A DNA stretch of 64,000 nt from Eledone cirrhosa. Taxonomy: Eukaryota. The stretch's first letter is position 1. Each line of letters opens with the position of its first letter. The stretch spans positions 98,952,001 to 99,016,000 of the forward strand of contig OZ024745.1 of assembly GCA_964016885.1 (NCBI GenBank), in the 5' to 3' direction. The translations under genes were made by a program, and so were the position numbers. Below are positions 63,574 through 64,000 of the stretch, in pieces. Below the pieces are notes generated by a model. It saw only the letters and a program-made list of their open reading frames with translations. It was not told the origin of the DNA and made no database searches.

Positions 63574-64000
63574 TTGAAATAATGTGTATACAATGTGTGT
63601 GTGTGAAACAGACAGACTTAATAAGTGTCATATGGTCTATTATGATTTTATCACTAAATTGTCATGGCAACACCATTTCCAAATCTAAACTTATGACCTT
63701 TTGTAATGCATAAAACCTTAATTATGCTCCATAACTGTCATCATACATTCATTCTGAGATTGAAACAAGCTGAAAATAACTTGTTTGCCTAAATGGCCTC
63801 TAAAGCATTATATGCTGGCTTTAGTTATTAGAAGAATGTCATAAAATTACATGATCACATCTTTCAACCACAGAGCAGGAGTTATATAATTATTTCAAAA
63901 TATCGAAAGTGTCAGAAAATTCCTTGTTAATATGATGTATAGAATGTCTTTCAATGTCTGTTCAAAACAAAGAGAGAGAACAGTAAATACATCAGGACTT

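Overview
AT-rich, repeat-dense animal DNA. The mix of repeats (RTE LINEs with (GAT)n tails, two tRNA-derived SINE families, long TA/CA/GA microsatellites) suggests a coleoid cephalopod such as Octopus; this is inference. The window lies inside one minus-strand gene, a DIP2 (disco-interacting protein 2) homologue. Two coding exons are visible: 54993-55064 (GDITQKGYEKKRNRLL, DMAP1-binding domain) and 8471-8566 (SPSTAAQRRAHRRLTREDNRYHS). They join in phase across a 46.4-kb intron; the start exon and the later exons are not in the window. The rest is intronic: RTE, CRE-like and R4/Dong-like LINE remnants, SINEs, piggyBac/pogo/mariner MITEs, non-autonomous Helitrons and tandem repeats. Most ORFs in the supplied track are artefacts of these repeats. 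I found no clearly new multi-gene system. The best leads are at the RNA level: a Penelope-type hammerhead ribozyme fold in the DIP2 sense strand, one nucleotide off the catalytic consensus; a 5'-inverted RTE with a perfect 13-bp TSD; inverted RTE copies bracketing the 72-nt exon; a hairpin biased to G-U pairs on the sense strand; recursive-splice-like AG|GT sites; and candidate terminal or poison exons. Repeat boundaries were read by eye and are approximate unless a TSD or TIR is quoted.
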